From an uncultured Pseudohongiella sp. (GTDB lineage: Bacteria; Pseudomonadota; Gammaproteobacteria; Pseudomonadales; Pseudohongiellaceae), in NCBI GenBank assembly GCA_964434395.1, contig CAYSVD010000006.1:1-54895 (forward strand): DNA of 54,895 bases, written 5' to 3'. Every line of letters begins with the position of its first letter. Within the stretch, counting starts at the first letter, position 1. The notes under the pieces are model-generated. The model ran no database searches and had not been told where the DNA came from. It saw only the letters and a list, made by a program, of their open reading frames with translations. Position numbers and translations under genes: made by a program. This document shows, piece after piece, positions 33,954 through 46,473 of this stretch.

Positions 33954-34367
33954 GTGGATATCCGAGAGAAGGCGAAAGGTGCCGGTTTCTGGGCCATGAT
34001 GGGCGCGTTGACGGCGCTGGCAGGGTTGTTTGTGGCGGTGGTGCTGATGTTGATGACGTACTTCGGAGACGTCAATTCCAGATTGGACGGGATCAGTCAG
34101 GATCTGGCCGGAATTCGATCCGAGCAGGCCGCGATGCGATCCGAGCAGGCCGCGACGAACGACAGGATCGATGCCCTGCATGCCCGAGTCGACGAGCTCC
34201 ATGCCCGAATCGGCGAGTTCGGCGATGAGTTGCGGCGGGGGTTGACCGCTCTCGGCGAGAGGATCGACATGCTGCGCGACCGGGTCAGCGCCATCGCAGA
34301 CCGCCTGTCCAAGCTTGAATCCCTGATGGAATTCCCGCGCCGGAACTTGCCGCCGCAGGACCGCTGA
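33954..34367 (+). CDS. Single-pass membrane protein with an extended coiled coil
   Basis: I prefer the in-frame GTG at 33954, which has AGGGAG 7 nt upstream, over the listed TTG at 33918. The TM helix is FWAMMGALTALAGLFVAVVLMLM, followed by heptad-like RIDALHARVDELHARIGEF...RIDMLRDRVSAIADRLSKLESL. Confidence 0.55.
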   Translation: MDIREKAKGAGFWAMMGALTALAGLFVAVVLMLMTYFGDVNSRLDGISQDLAGIRSEQAAMRSEQAATNDRIDALHARVDELHARIGEFGDELRRGLTALGERIDMLRDRVSAIADRLSKLESLMEFPRRNLPPQDR

Positions 34368-34531
34368 GCCCGCTTCCCCGGCCCGGCGGTCCGTCCCCTT
34401 GGGAGTCCGCGCCGCCTCGGATGCGTATGCGGGAAGACCGGGCGGGGAAGCCGAAGGACGGCATCCATCGGGGTATCCATGCGGGCGCCGGCGGTGGTAG
34501 CCTTCGCCGGGACACAGACCGGAGCGCCGCC

Positions 34532-36736
34532 ATGACCAGAACCGCCCCCCTGCTCGTCCTGCTGCCGCTCTCCGCCGCCGGCGCGCAGGAGCCCCTGCTC
34601 GGATTCGACGGGCCGGCCGCCGCCGCCCAGCATCGGCTGGAGGCCCGCTACGACAGCCACATCGACGCCCGGGACATCGACGAGTGGATCCGCTTCCTGT
34701 CCAGCGAGCCGCATCACGTGGGATCGCGCAAGGGCCGCGAGAACGTCGAGTACATGCGGCGGCTGTTCGACTCGTGGGGCTTCGAGACCGAGATCGCGGC
34801 CTACGAGATCCTCTTTCCCACCCCCGCGACGCGGGAGCTGGAGCTGCTCGCGCCGGAGCGCTACACGGCGGGCCTGCGCGAGGACTCCCTGCCGGAGGAT
34901 CCCAGCACCTACCGCATCGACGAGCTGCTGCCGCCCTACAACGCCTTCTCCGCCGACGGCGAGGCGGAGGCCGAACTGGTGTACGTCAACTACGGCACCC
35001 CGGCCGACTACGAGATCCTCGACCGCTACGGCGTCAGCGTCGAGGGCAAGATCGCGATCGCCCGCTACGGCGGCTCCTGGCGCGGCATCAAGCCCAAGCT
35101 GGCGGGCGAGAAAGGCGCCGTCGGCGCCATCATCTACTCCGACCCGGCCGACGACGGCTACGGCGCCGGCGACGTCTACCCCGACGGGCCGTTCAAGCAC
35201 GAGAGCGGAGTGCAGCGGGGCTCGGTGATGGACATGCCGACCTATCCGGGCGACGTGCTCACGCCCTTCGTCGGCGCCACGCCCGACGCCGAGCGGCTGG
35301 ACCGGGAGGACGCCCCCACCATCACCGCCATCCCGGTCATGCCCATCTCCTGGCGCGACGCCCTGCCGTTGCTGGCGGCCCTGGGCGGCGAGACGGCGCC
35401 GCCCGAGTGGCGCGGCGCGCTGCCCATCACCTACCGCCTGGGGCCGGGGCCGGCGCGGGTCCGCATGCAGCTGGCGTTCGACTGGGACATGGTGGCCGCC
35501 TGGAACCTGATCGCCCGCCTCGAGGGCGAGCGCTTCCCCGACCAGTGGGTGATCCGGGGCAACCACCACGACGGCTGGAACCACGGCGCGGCCGACCCCG
35601 TCTCCGGCATGGCCTCGCTGATGGCGGAGGCCCGGAGCGTCGGCCGGCTGGCGGCGGCGGGCGAGCGGCCGGCCCGCACCATCGTCTACGCCGGCTGGGA
35701 CGCGGAGGAGCAGGGGCTGATCGGCTCCACCGAGTGGGTCGAGCACCACGCCGGGACGCTGGACGGGCGCGCCGTGGCCTACATCAACACCGACGGCAAC
35801 GGCCGCGGCTTCGTCAACATCGGCGGCAGCCACACCCTGGAGCGCATGGCCAACCAGCTCATGCGGGACGTGGCCGACCCCCAGACCGGCGTGTCGGTGC
35901 TGGAGCGGTTGCGCGCCCGGCTGGAGGCGGAGGGGGACGAGAGGACGCGGCGCGAGCTCGAAACCCGCGCGGACCTGCGCATCAGCCCGCTGGGCTCCGG
36001 CTCGGACTACACCCCCTTCCTGCAGCACCTGGGCATCGCCTCCCTGAACATCAGCTTCGGCGGCGAAGGGACGGGCGGCAGCTATCACACGATGTACGAC
36101 ACCTACGAGCACTTCACCGCCTGGCGCGATCCCGGCCTGGCCTACGGCGCGGCGCTGGCGCGGGTGGCCGGACGGGCGACCCTGCGGCTCGCCAACGCGC
36201 CCCGGCTGCCCTTCGAGTTCACCGGGCTGGCCGACAACGTGGCGCTGTACCTCGAGGAGATCGAGGAGCTGGCCGACGCCATGCGCGCCGAGACCGCCGG
36301 AACCAACGCCCGCATCGCGTCGGGGGTCTACGAGCTGGCGCGCGACCCCCTCAAGGGGCCGGGGCCGCCCGCCGCGAAGCCGCCCGTGCCCTTCTTCAAC
36401 TTCGCGCCCCTGAAGAACGCGGCGGCGGAGCTGCGCGCGGCCGCCGAGGCCTACGCCGGGGGCGCCCTGCTCCGCCCCGCCGCCTCGGAGCGGGAGAACC
36501 GCCTGCTCTACACCAGCGAGCGGGAGCTGACCCGGGACGACGGCCTGCCGGACCGGCCCTGGTTCACCCATCACATCTACGCCCCGGGCCTGCACACCGG
36601 CTACGGCGTGAAGACCCTGCCGGGCGTGCGCGAGGCGATCGAGCAGCGGCAATACGACCGGGCGGCGGCGGAGATCGAGACGGCGGCCGAGGTCCTGCGC
36701 GGCATGGCGGCGCGGGTCCGGTTGCTCAGTGAATGA
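34532..36736 (+). CDS. Secreted M28B peptidase (glutamate carboxypeptidase II / transferrin-receptor-like, PA domain)
   Basis: 734 aa from ATG 34532 with a signal peptide. Contains SSEPHHVGS, VYVNYG...GKIAIARYG (PA domain), RGNHHDGW and WDAEEQGLIGSTEW (M28 metal ligands). Confidence 0.9.
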   Translation: MTRTAPLLVLLPLSAAGAQEPLLGFDGPAAAAQHRLEARYDSHIDARDIDEWIRFLSSEPHHVGSRKGRENVEYMRRLFDSWGFETEIAAYEILFPTPATRELELLAPERYTAGLREDSLPEDPSTYRIDELLPPYNAFSADGEAEAELVYVNYGTPADYEILDRYGVSVEGKIAIARYGGSWRGIKPKLAGEKGAVGAIIYSDPADDGYGAGDVYPDGPFKHESGVQRGSVMDMPTYPGDVLTPFVGATPDAERLDREDAPTITAIPVMPISWRDALPLLAALGGETAPPEWRGALPITYRLGPGPARVRMQLAFDWDMVAAWNLIARLEGERFPDQWVIRGNHHDGWNHGAADPVSGMASLMAEARSVGRLAAAGERPARTIVYAGWDAEEQGLIGSTEWVEHHAGTLDGRAVAYINTDGNGRGFVNIGGSHTLERMANQLMRDVADPQTGVSVLERLRARLEAEGDERTRRELETRADLRISPLGSGSDYTPFLQHLGIASLNISFGGEGTGGSYHTMYDTYEHFTAWRDPGLAYGAALARVAGRATLRLANAPRLPFEFTGLADNVALYLEEIEELADAMRAETAGTNARIASGVYELARDPLKGPGPPAAKPPVPFFNFAPLKNAAAELRAAAEAYAGGALLRPAASERENRLLYTSERELTRDDGLPDRPWFTHHIYAPGLHTGYGVKTLPGVREAIEQRQYDRAAAEIETAAEVLRGMAARVRLLSE

Positions 36737-36758
36737 ACACCCTTACGGAGAAAGCGCC

Positions 36759-38417
36759 ATGACGACGCGCATCGCCGGCCGGTGCGGCCTCGCCGCCGCG
36801 GCCGCCCTGTCCGCCGGCTGCGGCGGGCCGGACGAGTCCGGCCTCGAGGCGGAGATCGAGGCCATCCTGCACCGGCACATCGCCGTGCTGGCCTCGGACG
36901 AGTTCGAGGGCCGGGCCCCGGCCACCCCGGGCGAGGAGAAGACCGTCGACTACCTGCGCGGGGAGTTCGAGCGGCTGGGCGCGGAGCCCGGCAACCGCGG
37001 CGCGTGGTTCCAGCCCGTCGAGGTCACCGAGATCGCCGCCGTCGGCGAGCCGTCGCTGCGGGTGCGCGGCGCCGGCGCCGAGCTCTCCTTCCGCTACGGC
37101 GAGGAGATGGTCGTGGGCACCCCGCGGCAGCTGCCGGGGGTGTCCGTCACCGACAGCGACATGCTGTTCGTCGGCTACGGCATCGTCGCGCCGGAGCGGG
37201 GCTGGGACGACTACGCCGGGGTCGACGCGCGCGGCAAGACCGTGGTGATCCTGGTCAACGACCCCGGCTACGCCACCCAGGATCCGGCGCTGTTCAACGG
37301 CAACGCCATGACCTACTACGGGCGCTGGGTCTACAAGTACGCCGAGGCCGCGCGCCAGGGCGCGGCGGCGGCGCTGGTGGTGCACGAGACCGGGCCGGCC
37401 GGCTACGGCTGGGAGGTGGTGAGCGGCAGCTGGACCGGCCCCCAGATCGGCCTGACGGACCCGGACCTGAACCGGGACCGCGCCGCCATCGAGGGCTGGC
37501 TCTCCCTCGAGAGCGCCGAGGCGCTGTTCGCGGCCGCCGGCCTGGACTGGCAGACCCTGAAGTCGGCGGCCGCGCGGCCGGGCTTCCGGGCCGTGCCCAT
37601 GGGCGGGCTGCGCGCCAGCGCCGGCGTCCGCAACACCGTGCGCGAGTCCGTCTCGCGCAACGTGATCGCCGCCATCCCCGGCGCGTCGCGGCCCGAGGAG
37701 GCCATCATCTACACGGCGCACTGGGACCACCTGGGCGCGGCGCCCGAGGGCGCCGTCGACGGCGACGCCGTCTACAACGGCGCGGCCGACAACGCCACCG
37801 GCACCGCCGGCCTGCTGGCGCTGGCCTGGCTGCACAAGCGGCGGCCGCCGCCCGAGCGCACCATCGTCTTCCTGGCGGTCACGGCGGAGGAGTCGGGGCT
37901 GCTCGGCTCGCAGTGGTACGTCGAGCACCCGGTCTGGCCGCTGGCATCCACCGTGGCCAACATCAACATGGACAACCTGAACACCGTCGGGCGCGCCCGG
38001 GACGTAGTGGTGGTCGGGGCGGGCAGCAGCGAGCTGGAGCATTACCTCGAGCGGGCCGCCGCCGCCCAGGGCCGCTACGTCGCGCCGGAGCCGACCCCCG
38101 AGCGGGGCTACTACTACCGCTCCGACCACTTCAACTTCGCCCGGGCGGGCGTGCCGGCCCTGTACGCCGAGTCCGGCGAGGACGACCTGGAGCGCGGCCG
38201 CGAGTACGGCGCCGCCCAGGCGCGGGAGTACAACGAGAACCGCTACCACCAGCCCTCCGACGAGTACGATCCGGATTGGGACCTGGGGGGCGCGGCGCAG
38301 GACATCCTGCTGTACTTCGAGATCGCGGACCGGCTCGCCCGCGAGACCTCCTTCCCGGAATGGTTCGAGGGCAACGAGTTCAAGGCCGTCCGCGACGCCT
38401 CGCGGCGCGGCCGGTAG
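36759..38417 (+). CDS. M28-family aminopeptidase lipoprotein
   Basis: Start at ATG 36759, with GGAG about 8 nt upstream. Lipobox LSAGC. Contains HWDHLG, NGAADNATG and TAEESGLLGS. Confidence 0.85.
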   Translation: MTTRIAGRCGLAAAAALSAGCGGPDESGLEAEIEAILHRHIAVLASDEFEGRAPATPGEEKTVDYLRGEFERLGAEPGNRGAWFQPVEVTEIAAVGEPSLRVRGAGAELSFRYGEEMVVGTPRQLPGVSVTDSDMLFVGYGIVAPERGWDDYAGVDARGKTVVILVNDPGYATQDPALFNGNAMTYYGRWVYKYAEAARQGAAAALVVHETGPAGYGWEVVSGSWTGPQIGLTDPDLNRDRAAIEGWLSLESAEALFAAAGLDWQTLKSAAARPGFRAVPMGGLRASAGVRNTVRESVSRNVIAAIPGASRPEEAIIYTAHWDHLGAAPEGAVDGDAVYNGAADNATGTAGLLALAWLHKRRPPPERTIVFLAVTAEESGLLGSQWYVEHPVWPLASTVANINMDNLNTVGRARDVVVVGAGSSELEHYLERAAAAQGRYVAPEPTPERGYYYRSDHFNFARAGVPALYAESGEDDLERGREYGAAQAREYNENRYHQPSDEYDPDWDLGGAAQDILLYFEIADRLARETSFPEWFEGNEFKAVRDASRRGR

Positions 38418-38434
38418 CGGGCCGCCGGCGCCCG

Positions 38435-39247
38435 ATGCGGCTCGAGTCCCTCGTCCCGCCCCCCTACCTGCCGGATCCGGAGCAGGACACCGTCCTCAAG
38501 CTGGGGCTAAGGCCCCTCGCCGCGCGCGACTGGCTGGCGGTGGACGCGGACTTCGCCAGATTCAACGCCCACAAGCGGGAGCAGGGCCGGCGGCGCCTCG
38601 ACGAGGTCTGGCGGGCGATGCCCGGCTCGGAGGCGGCCCAGGCCGAGTTCGGCCGAACGCTGCTGGCGCACCTGCTGGCGCACCACGGGGACAGCCACGT
38701 CCTGGCCGGGGACCGGCTCCGGCACCGCCCCTCGGGCCTGGAGTGGCCGGCGCGCCCGGCCGACCTGTGGCACAGCGCCCTGTGGATCCAGGAGGACATC
38801 TGCCTGATGGAGGAGGCCGGAGGCGAGTACGCGCTGACCGCCGCCAGCGTGTGCTCGCCGTCCAACTGGCGGCTTGACAAGAAGATCGGCCGCGGCGCGG
38901 ACGCGATCCACGGGCCGGTGCCGGGCTACGCGCGGGAACTGGGCGGCCGGGTGAACCGGCTGCTGGCCGGCCTGCGGCCGGGCCGGCCGGTGCTGCGCTT
39001 CAACTGGTCGGTGCAGGCCGGCGGCGAGCTGTTCAGCCGCAAGGATCCGGCCGCCGGCGAGCCCGACCACTGGCGGGTCGAGCGCCAGACCCTCCTGCGC
39101 CTGCCGGAGACCGGCGCGGTGGCGTTCGGCATCCGCATCTTCCTGCACAGCTTCGAGCGCATGGCCGCCTGCTGCGACTTCCACGCCCGCTACGCCCGGT
39201 TGCGGGCGCGCCTGCCCGAGGCCCAGCGAACCTACAAGCGGCTTTAG
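38435..39247 (+). CDS. DUF3445-family protein (heme-dependent oxidative N-demethylase-like)
   Basis: 270 aa from ATG 38435, with WIQEDICLM...YALTAASVCSPSNWRLDKKIG...IHGPVPGY...RFNWS, the family pattern. Confidence 0.8.
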   Translation: MRLESLVPPPYLPDPEQDTVLKLGLRPLAARDWLAVDADFARFNAHKREQGRRRLDEVWRAMPGSEAAQAEFGRTLLAHLLAHHGDSHVLAGDRLRHRPSGLEWPARPADLWHSALWIQEDICLMEEAGGEYALTAASVCSPSNWRLDKKIGRGADAIHGPVPGYARELGGRVNRLLAGLRPGRPVLRFNWSVQAGGELFSRKDPAAGEPDHWRVERQTLLRLPETGAVAFGIRIFLHSFERMAACCDFHARYARLRARLPEAQRTYKRL

Positions 39248-40353
39248 CCGCCGCCCGCCGGACGGGGCGCCAGGCGCGGCACGAAGCGGGTCAGCCCCCG
39301 GACCGGCCCCACCTCGCCCGCATAGACGACGCCGTCGCGGTCCGCCGTGACGCCCTCGCCCATGGCGCCGACCCCGCCCATGCCGGACGGGCGCTCCGGC
39401 GAGACGTGCTCGGGCACGAAGTAATGCACCCGGCCGGTGCGGGCGCTGCCGACCCTGAGCCCCTTGCGCCAGCCGCCCGGGTTGTAGTTGGGGTCGGACT
39501 CCGAATCGATGGCGTACAACATGTCGTTGCCGCGGTCGATGTACAGCCCGCTGATGCGGCTGAACTGGTACCAGGTGTCCAGGTGCCCGCCGTCCTGGGT
39601 GAAGATCTGGATCCGGTTGTTGCCGCGGTCAGCGACGAACAGCCGCCCCTGCGAGTCGAACGCCAGGCCGTGCGGCGTCCTGAACTCGCCCGGCCCGGAG
39701 CCCAGCCGGCCCCACGACTTGATGAAGTTGCCGTCCTTGTCGAACTTGACGATGCGCGCCACCGTGTCGGGCGGCGCATCCGCGGCCTGGCCCGTGTGGC
39801 CCTCCGAGACGAAGATGTCGCCGTTCGGCGCCGTGACCACGTCGCACGGCGTGAACAGCAGCGGGCCACTCCCGTCGCCCGCCACCCCGGGCGTCCCAAG
39901 CGTCAGCAGGATCTCGCCCTCGGGGCTGAACTTGAGCACCTGGTGCCCCTTGCCGTCGCGGTCGGGGTCCTCGCCGTCCGGCCCCTGCGCGTCGGTCACC
40001 CACACGTTCCCGTCGGCATCGATGTGGAAGCCGTGGGGAAAGATGAACAGACCGGCCCCGAAGCTGCGCACCAGGTTCCCGGCGGCGTCGAACTTGAGCA
40101 CGACCGGCAGGTCGGACCCGGCGCAGTTGTTGGCGCCGCAGCGTTCCGCCACCCAGATCGATTCGCCGTCCGGGTCGATGTCCACCGCGCTCGTCGCGCC
40201 CCAGGTGCGGCCCGGGGGCATCCGGAAGTGGTCCTCTATCGTGAGGTACGGATTCGGCAGGTCGTTCACCGGCTGCGCGCCGGCGGGCACGGCGCCCGCC
40301 AGCAGGGCCAGCGCCGCAAGACCGCGCGTGCACCGTGTCAGCAGTGTGGACAT
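39244..40353 (-). CDS. Secreted NHL-repeat six-bladed beta-propeller protein
   Basis: Start at ATG 40353, with GGAGG 8 nt upstream. Has a signal peptide. Repeated blades include PHGFHIDADGNVWVTD, PNGDIFVSEG and PHGLAFDSQGRLFVADRGNNRIQIF. Confidence 0.8.
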   Translation of the reverse strand: MSTLLTRCTRGLAALALLAGAVPAGAQPVNDLPNPYLTIEDHFRMPPGRTWGATSAVDIDPDGESIWVAERCGANNCAGSDLPVVLKFDAAGNLVRSFGAGLFIFPHGFHIDADGNVWVTDAQGPDGEDPDRDGKGHQVLKFSPEGEILLTLGTPGVAGDGSGPLLFTPCDVVTAPNGDIFVSEGHTGQAADAPPDTVARIVKFDKDGNFIKSWGRLGSGPGEFRTPHGLAFDSQGRLFVADRGNNRIQIFTQDGGHLDTWYQFSRISGLYIDRGNDMLYAIDSESDPNYNPGGWRKGLRVGSARTGRVHYFVPEHVSPERPSGMGGVGAMGEGVTADRDGVVYAGEVGPVRGLTRFVPRLAPRPAGGG

Positions 40354-40572
40354 CTGGCTCGCCTCCGGCTTCAAGCTTCAATCCTTCAGACGGGGCTGCG
40401 CCCCGAACCCCCGGCGTTCGCTTGCGGGGACCCCTTTGCCCCGCGCCGCTCCCGCCGAGGCGCGCTGTGCGCGCCTTGCGGAGTCTGCATGGTTATGCGG
40501 AGCAGACTCCGGCTCAGACGCCAAGCGCCGATTATACCGGCCGCGCCAGCGTCTCGGCGTTACAATGTGAAC

Positions 40573-41826
40573 ATGCAGGCAGGCAGGTTCCGGCGGTGCC
40601 TGGGGTGGATTGCCGCGGCGTTGCTGCTCGATGCCGGCACGGCGGCCGGCGCCGGCGACTGGCCGGAGTTTCGCGGTCCCTCCGGGCAGGGCCACTCGAG
40701 CGAGCAGGGATTGCCGGTCGAGTGGAGCGAGTCGCACAACGTGCTGTGGAAGACGGCGGTGCCGGGCCTGGGCTGGTCGACGCCGGTGGTGGCCGGCGGG
40801 CGGGTCTGGCTCACGACAGCGACCGACGCGGCCGGCGGGTCGTTGCGCCTGCTCGCCTTCGACGCCGGGTCGGGAGAGCCGGTGCTTGACGTCGAGGTGT
40901 TCCGAACTGCCGACCTCGCCGCCCCCAATCCCAAGAACAGCCTGGCATCGCCCTCCGCCATCGTGGACGGCGACCGCGTGTACGCCCACTTCGGCACCTA
41001 CGGCACCGCTGCGCTCACGACGGCCGGCGAGCTGCTCTGGACGGCGCGGTTCACCTGCGTGACGCAGCACGGCAACGGCGGCTCGCCCATCCTTCACGAG
41101 GCCCTGCTCATCCTGAGCTGCGACGGCTACGACGTGGCCTACACCGTCGCGCTCGACACCGCGTCCGGCGCGGTGCGCTGGCAGGTCGAGCGCGACCAGC
41201 CCGTGTCGCAGGCCTACTCGACGCCGCTCGCCATCCGCGTGGGCGGCGAGGATCAGATCGTCAGCGTTGGCGCCTTCCGCACGTCGGCGTACGACCCGGA
41301 CACGGGCGACGAGATCTGGCGCGTGCGCTACGGTCGCGGCTTCTCGAACGTGCCGCGGCCCGTCTACGGCCACGGCCTCGTCTACATCGCGACCGGGTTC
41401 CAGTCGCCAACCATGCTGGCGGTCCGCGCCGACGGCTCGGGCGACGTCACCGCCACGCACGTCGCCTGGCGGCACCGCCGCGGCGCGCCGCACACGTCCT
41501 CGCCGCTGCTCGTCGGCCGGGAGTTCTACATGGTGAGCGATCTGGGCGTGATGACCTGCCTGGACGCCGAGAGCGGCGAGGTCCACTGGCAGGAGCGGAT
41601 CCGCGGCAACTACTCCGCCTCCCCCGTGTTCGCGGACGGACGCATCTACGTCCAGAGCGAGGAAGGCAGGACGACCGTGCTCGCGCCCGGGACGACGTAC
41701 GCCGAGCTGGCGACCAACGAGCTCGACGGGTCGACGCTCGCCTCGATGGCGGTCTCGGACGGATCGTTCTTCCTGCGCACGGCCACCCATCTGTACCGCA
41801 TCGGCGGCGCAGCCGGCCAGCCCTGA
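40573..41826 (+). CDS. Secreted PQQ-like (BamB-like) beta-propeller protein
   Basis: 417 aa from ATG 40573 with a signal peptide. DWPEFRGPSGQG...LWKTAVPGLGWSTPVV matches the N-terminus of 49055..50401, so the two are paralogs. Confidence 0.8.
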   Translation: MQAGRFRRCLGWIAAALLLDAGTAAGAGDWPEFRGPSGQGHSSEQGLPVEWSESHNVLWKTAVPGLGWSTPVVAGGRVWLTTATDAAGGSLRLLAFDAGSGEPVLDVEVFRTADLAAPNPKNSLASPSAIVDGDRVYAHFGTYGTAALTTAGELLWTARFTCVTQHGNGGSPILHEALLILSCDGYDVAYTVALDTASGAVRWQVERDQPVSQAYSTPLAIRVGGEDQIVSVGAFRTSAYDPDTGDEIWRVRYGRGFSNVPRPVYGHGLVYIATGFQSPTMLAVRADGSGDVTATHVAWRHRRGAPHTSSPLLVGREFYMVSDLGVMTCLDAESGEVHWQERIRGNYSASPVFADGRIYVQSEEGRTTVLAPGTTYAELATNELDGSTLASMAVSDGSFFLRTATHLYRIGGAAGQP

Positions 41827-41868
41827 AATCCGGGTCGATGACCGGCACAACGTGAAGGCAGGCGCATC

Positions 41869-45126
<3,258 letters not shown>

Positions 45127-45290
45127 CGGGGGAACTGCTTCAACAAATCCGTTGGGTTGCGCAGGGCGAGCATCGCATCGAGCTCCTTGCAGTCCAGACC
45201 GGGCAAGCCAACCCGATCGAAGTATCCGCGCGGATTCCGTCCCCACGACCCGCAGCACGGCGATTCCGTGCGTACGGCCGACGTTGTCAG

Positions 45291-45737
45291 CTACCCCGAT
45301 TCACGAAGGCGCGCGGCCAGCTCTTTCGCGGCCGGCGCCGCCCCGCTGAGACACCACTCGATGCCACGACTCTTCCCGTTCCATGTAGCCAACTCGAGCT
45401 GCTCGAACACCACGCCCAGATAGCTGCTGGCCTGCGCGTGCCAGAGGTCACGGGGCCGGATGTCCAGGATCGTCATTCCAAGGCCCGGTTGCTCCGTGCC
45501 GTTCCACATCTTCGCCACATTGTTCGCCAGCGGAAAACATCCCGAGCCGAATTGGTCCTCCAGGCTCTTCAGGATCTCCACGAGCTCTCCTAGCGGAAAG
45601 TCCTCAAGCCGGCGGTTCTGCCGGTGAATCCAAAGGGTCGCCCCGTCCCACTCCCAGCTAAAGCTCTTGCTGCCGGCGCCGCCGCGCGTTCGCCCCGTTG
45701 GCATTGCGCTCCGTCCTGTCCGCCCGGAGGCGGTCAT
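45291..45737 (-). CDS. Hypothetical protein, last gene of the TA/MutS-like block
   Basis: 148-aa ORF whose ATG overlaps the VapC stop (ATGA at 45734-45737). No domain recognised. GC is somewhat lower. The frame stays open for 55 more codons after its TAG. Confidence 0.45.
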   Translation of the reverse strand: MTASGRTGRSAMPTGRTRGGAGSKSFSWEWDGATLWIHRQNRRLEDFPLGELVEILKSLEDQFGSGCFPLANNVAKMWNGTEQPGLGMTILDIRPRDLWHAQASSYLGVVFEQLELATWNGKSRGIEWCLSGAAPAAKELAARLRESG

Positions 45738-46141
45738 TGCCCGTGCTGCCGATGAGGCGGCATCGCAACCGCCAAACCCGCCTCCGCCGCAGCATCGAGG
45801 AGCCGCAGGTCGTAGGCGACAAGGGCCTCGAGTCCCTCCAACGAAAGCGCAGTGGCGAGGTGGACGGCGTCGAGGCTTCGCAGGCGCCCCGGCTCTAGGT
45901 GCGCGGCACCGCGCAGGACAGGCTCGTCGACGGCCAGCAGCGCGACTCGCTCCAGGATCCGTTCCGCCCGCTGCAGCGTGCGCTCGTCGGCGTGTGCGCG
46001 ACGCAGCGCCCGCAGCACTTCCACGCGAGCGAGTCCGCTGGCAACACGTTCGTCGCGGGTCGTCAGGTACCGGCGCAGCGCTTGCGACTCGGGTTCCGGC
46101 ACGACGAGCTTGACGATGGCCGAGGAATCCAGATAGACCAC
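45734..46141 (-). CDS. vapC: PIN-domain VapC-type toxin
   Basis: 135 aa with a GTG start. Contains VYLDSSAIVK, VEVLRAL and LDAVHLATAL, the acidic-residue pattern of PIN domains. Confidence 0.9.
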   Translation of the reverse strand: MVYLDSSAIVKLVVPEPESQALRRYLTTRDERVASGLARVEVLRALRRAHADERTLQRAERILERVALLAVDEPVLRGAAHLEPGRLRSLDAVHLATALSLEGLEALVAYDLRLLDAAAEAGLAVAMPPHRQHGQ

Positions 46142-46148
46142 GCCGCGC

Positions 46149-46454
46149 TCAGGGTCGGTCGTCGCGGTCGGCCAGCAACGCCTCGGTCGCGGCCGTGGAC
46201 TGCTGACCCGCAGGCGGGCCGAGATCCAGCAGGTCGCCCTTGGGCGAGCTCGCCCGTCCCTGGGCGATGAGCTTCGCCAGGGGCGACTCGTTGCCGATGA
46301 GCGGGATGAGCAGGGCGACCGGCCTGCCGCGATCGGTGACCTCGAACCGTTCGCCTCCGTGGATGCGGCGGAGGTAGACGCTCAGGTTCTGTCGCAGTGC
46401 GCGAACTCCGACCCGGGACGTCGCCGCGCCGGTTTCAGGCATGGTGACGCACAT
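46149..46454 (-). CDS. Phd/YefM-type antitoxin
   Basis: 101 aa (alternative start ATG 46442). VGVRALRQNLSVYLRRIHGGERFEVTDRGRPVALLIP is the Phd/YefM N-terminal pattern. Lies 7 nt upstream of vapC. Confidence 0.8.
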   Translation of the reverse strand: MCVTMPETGAATSRVGVRALRQNLSVYLRRIHGGERFEVTDRGRPVALLIPLIGNESPLAKLIAQGRASSPKGDLLDLGPPAGQQSTAATEALLADRDDRP

Positions 46455-46473
46455 CGTAGCACATACGTCTGCG

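Noticed and set aside
33593-34075. A 160-aa minus-strand ORF across the methyltransferase / coiled-coil intergenic region.
   Set aside because: Its sequence is largely a translation of the two tandem DNA repeats (GLGLGLGLGL, LSLSPPPG). It also overlaps the better-supported plus-strand gene.
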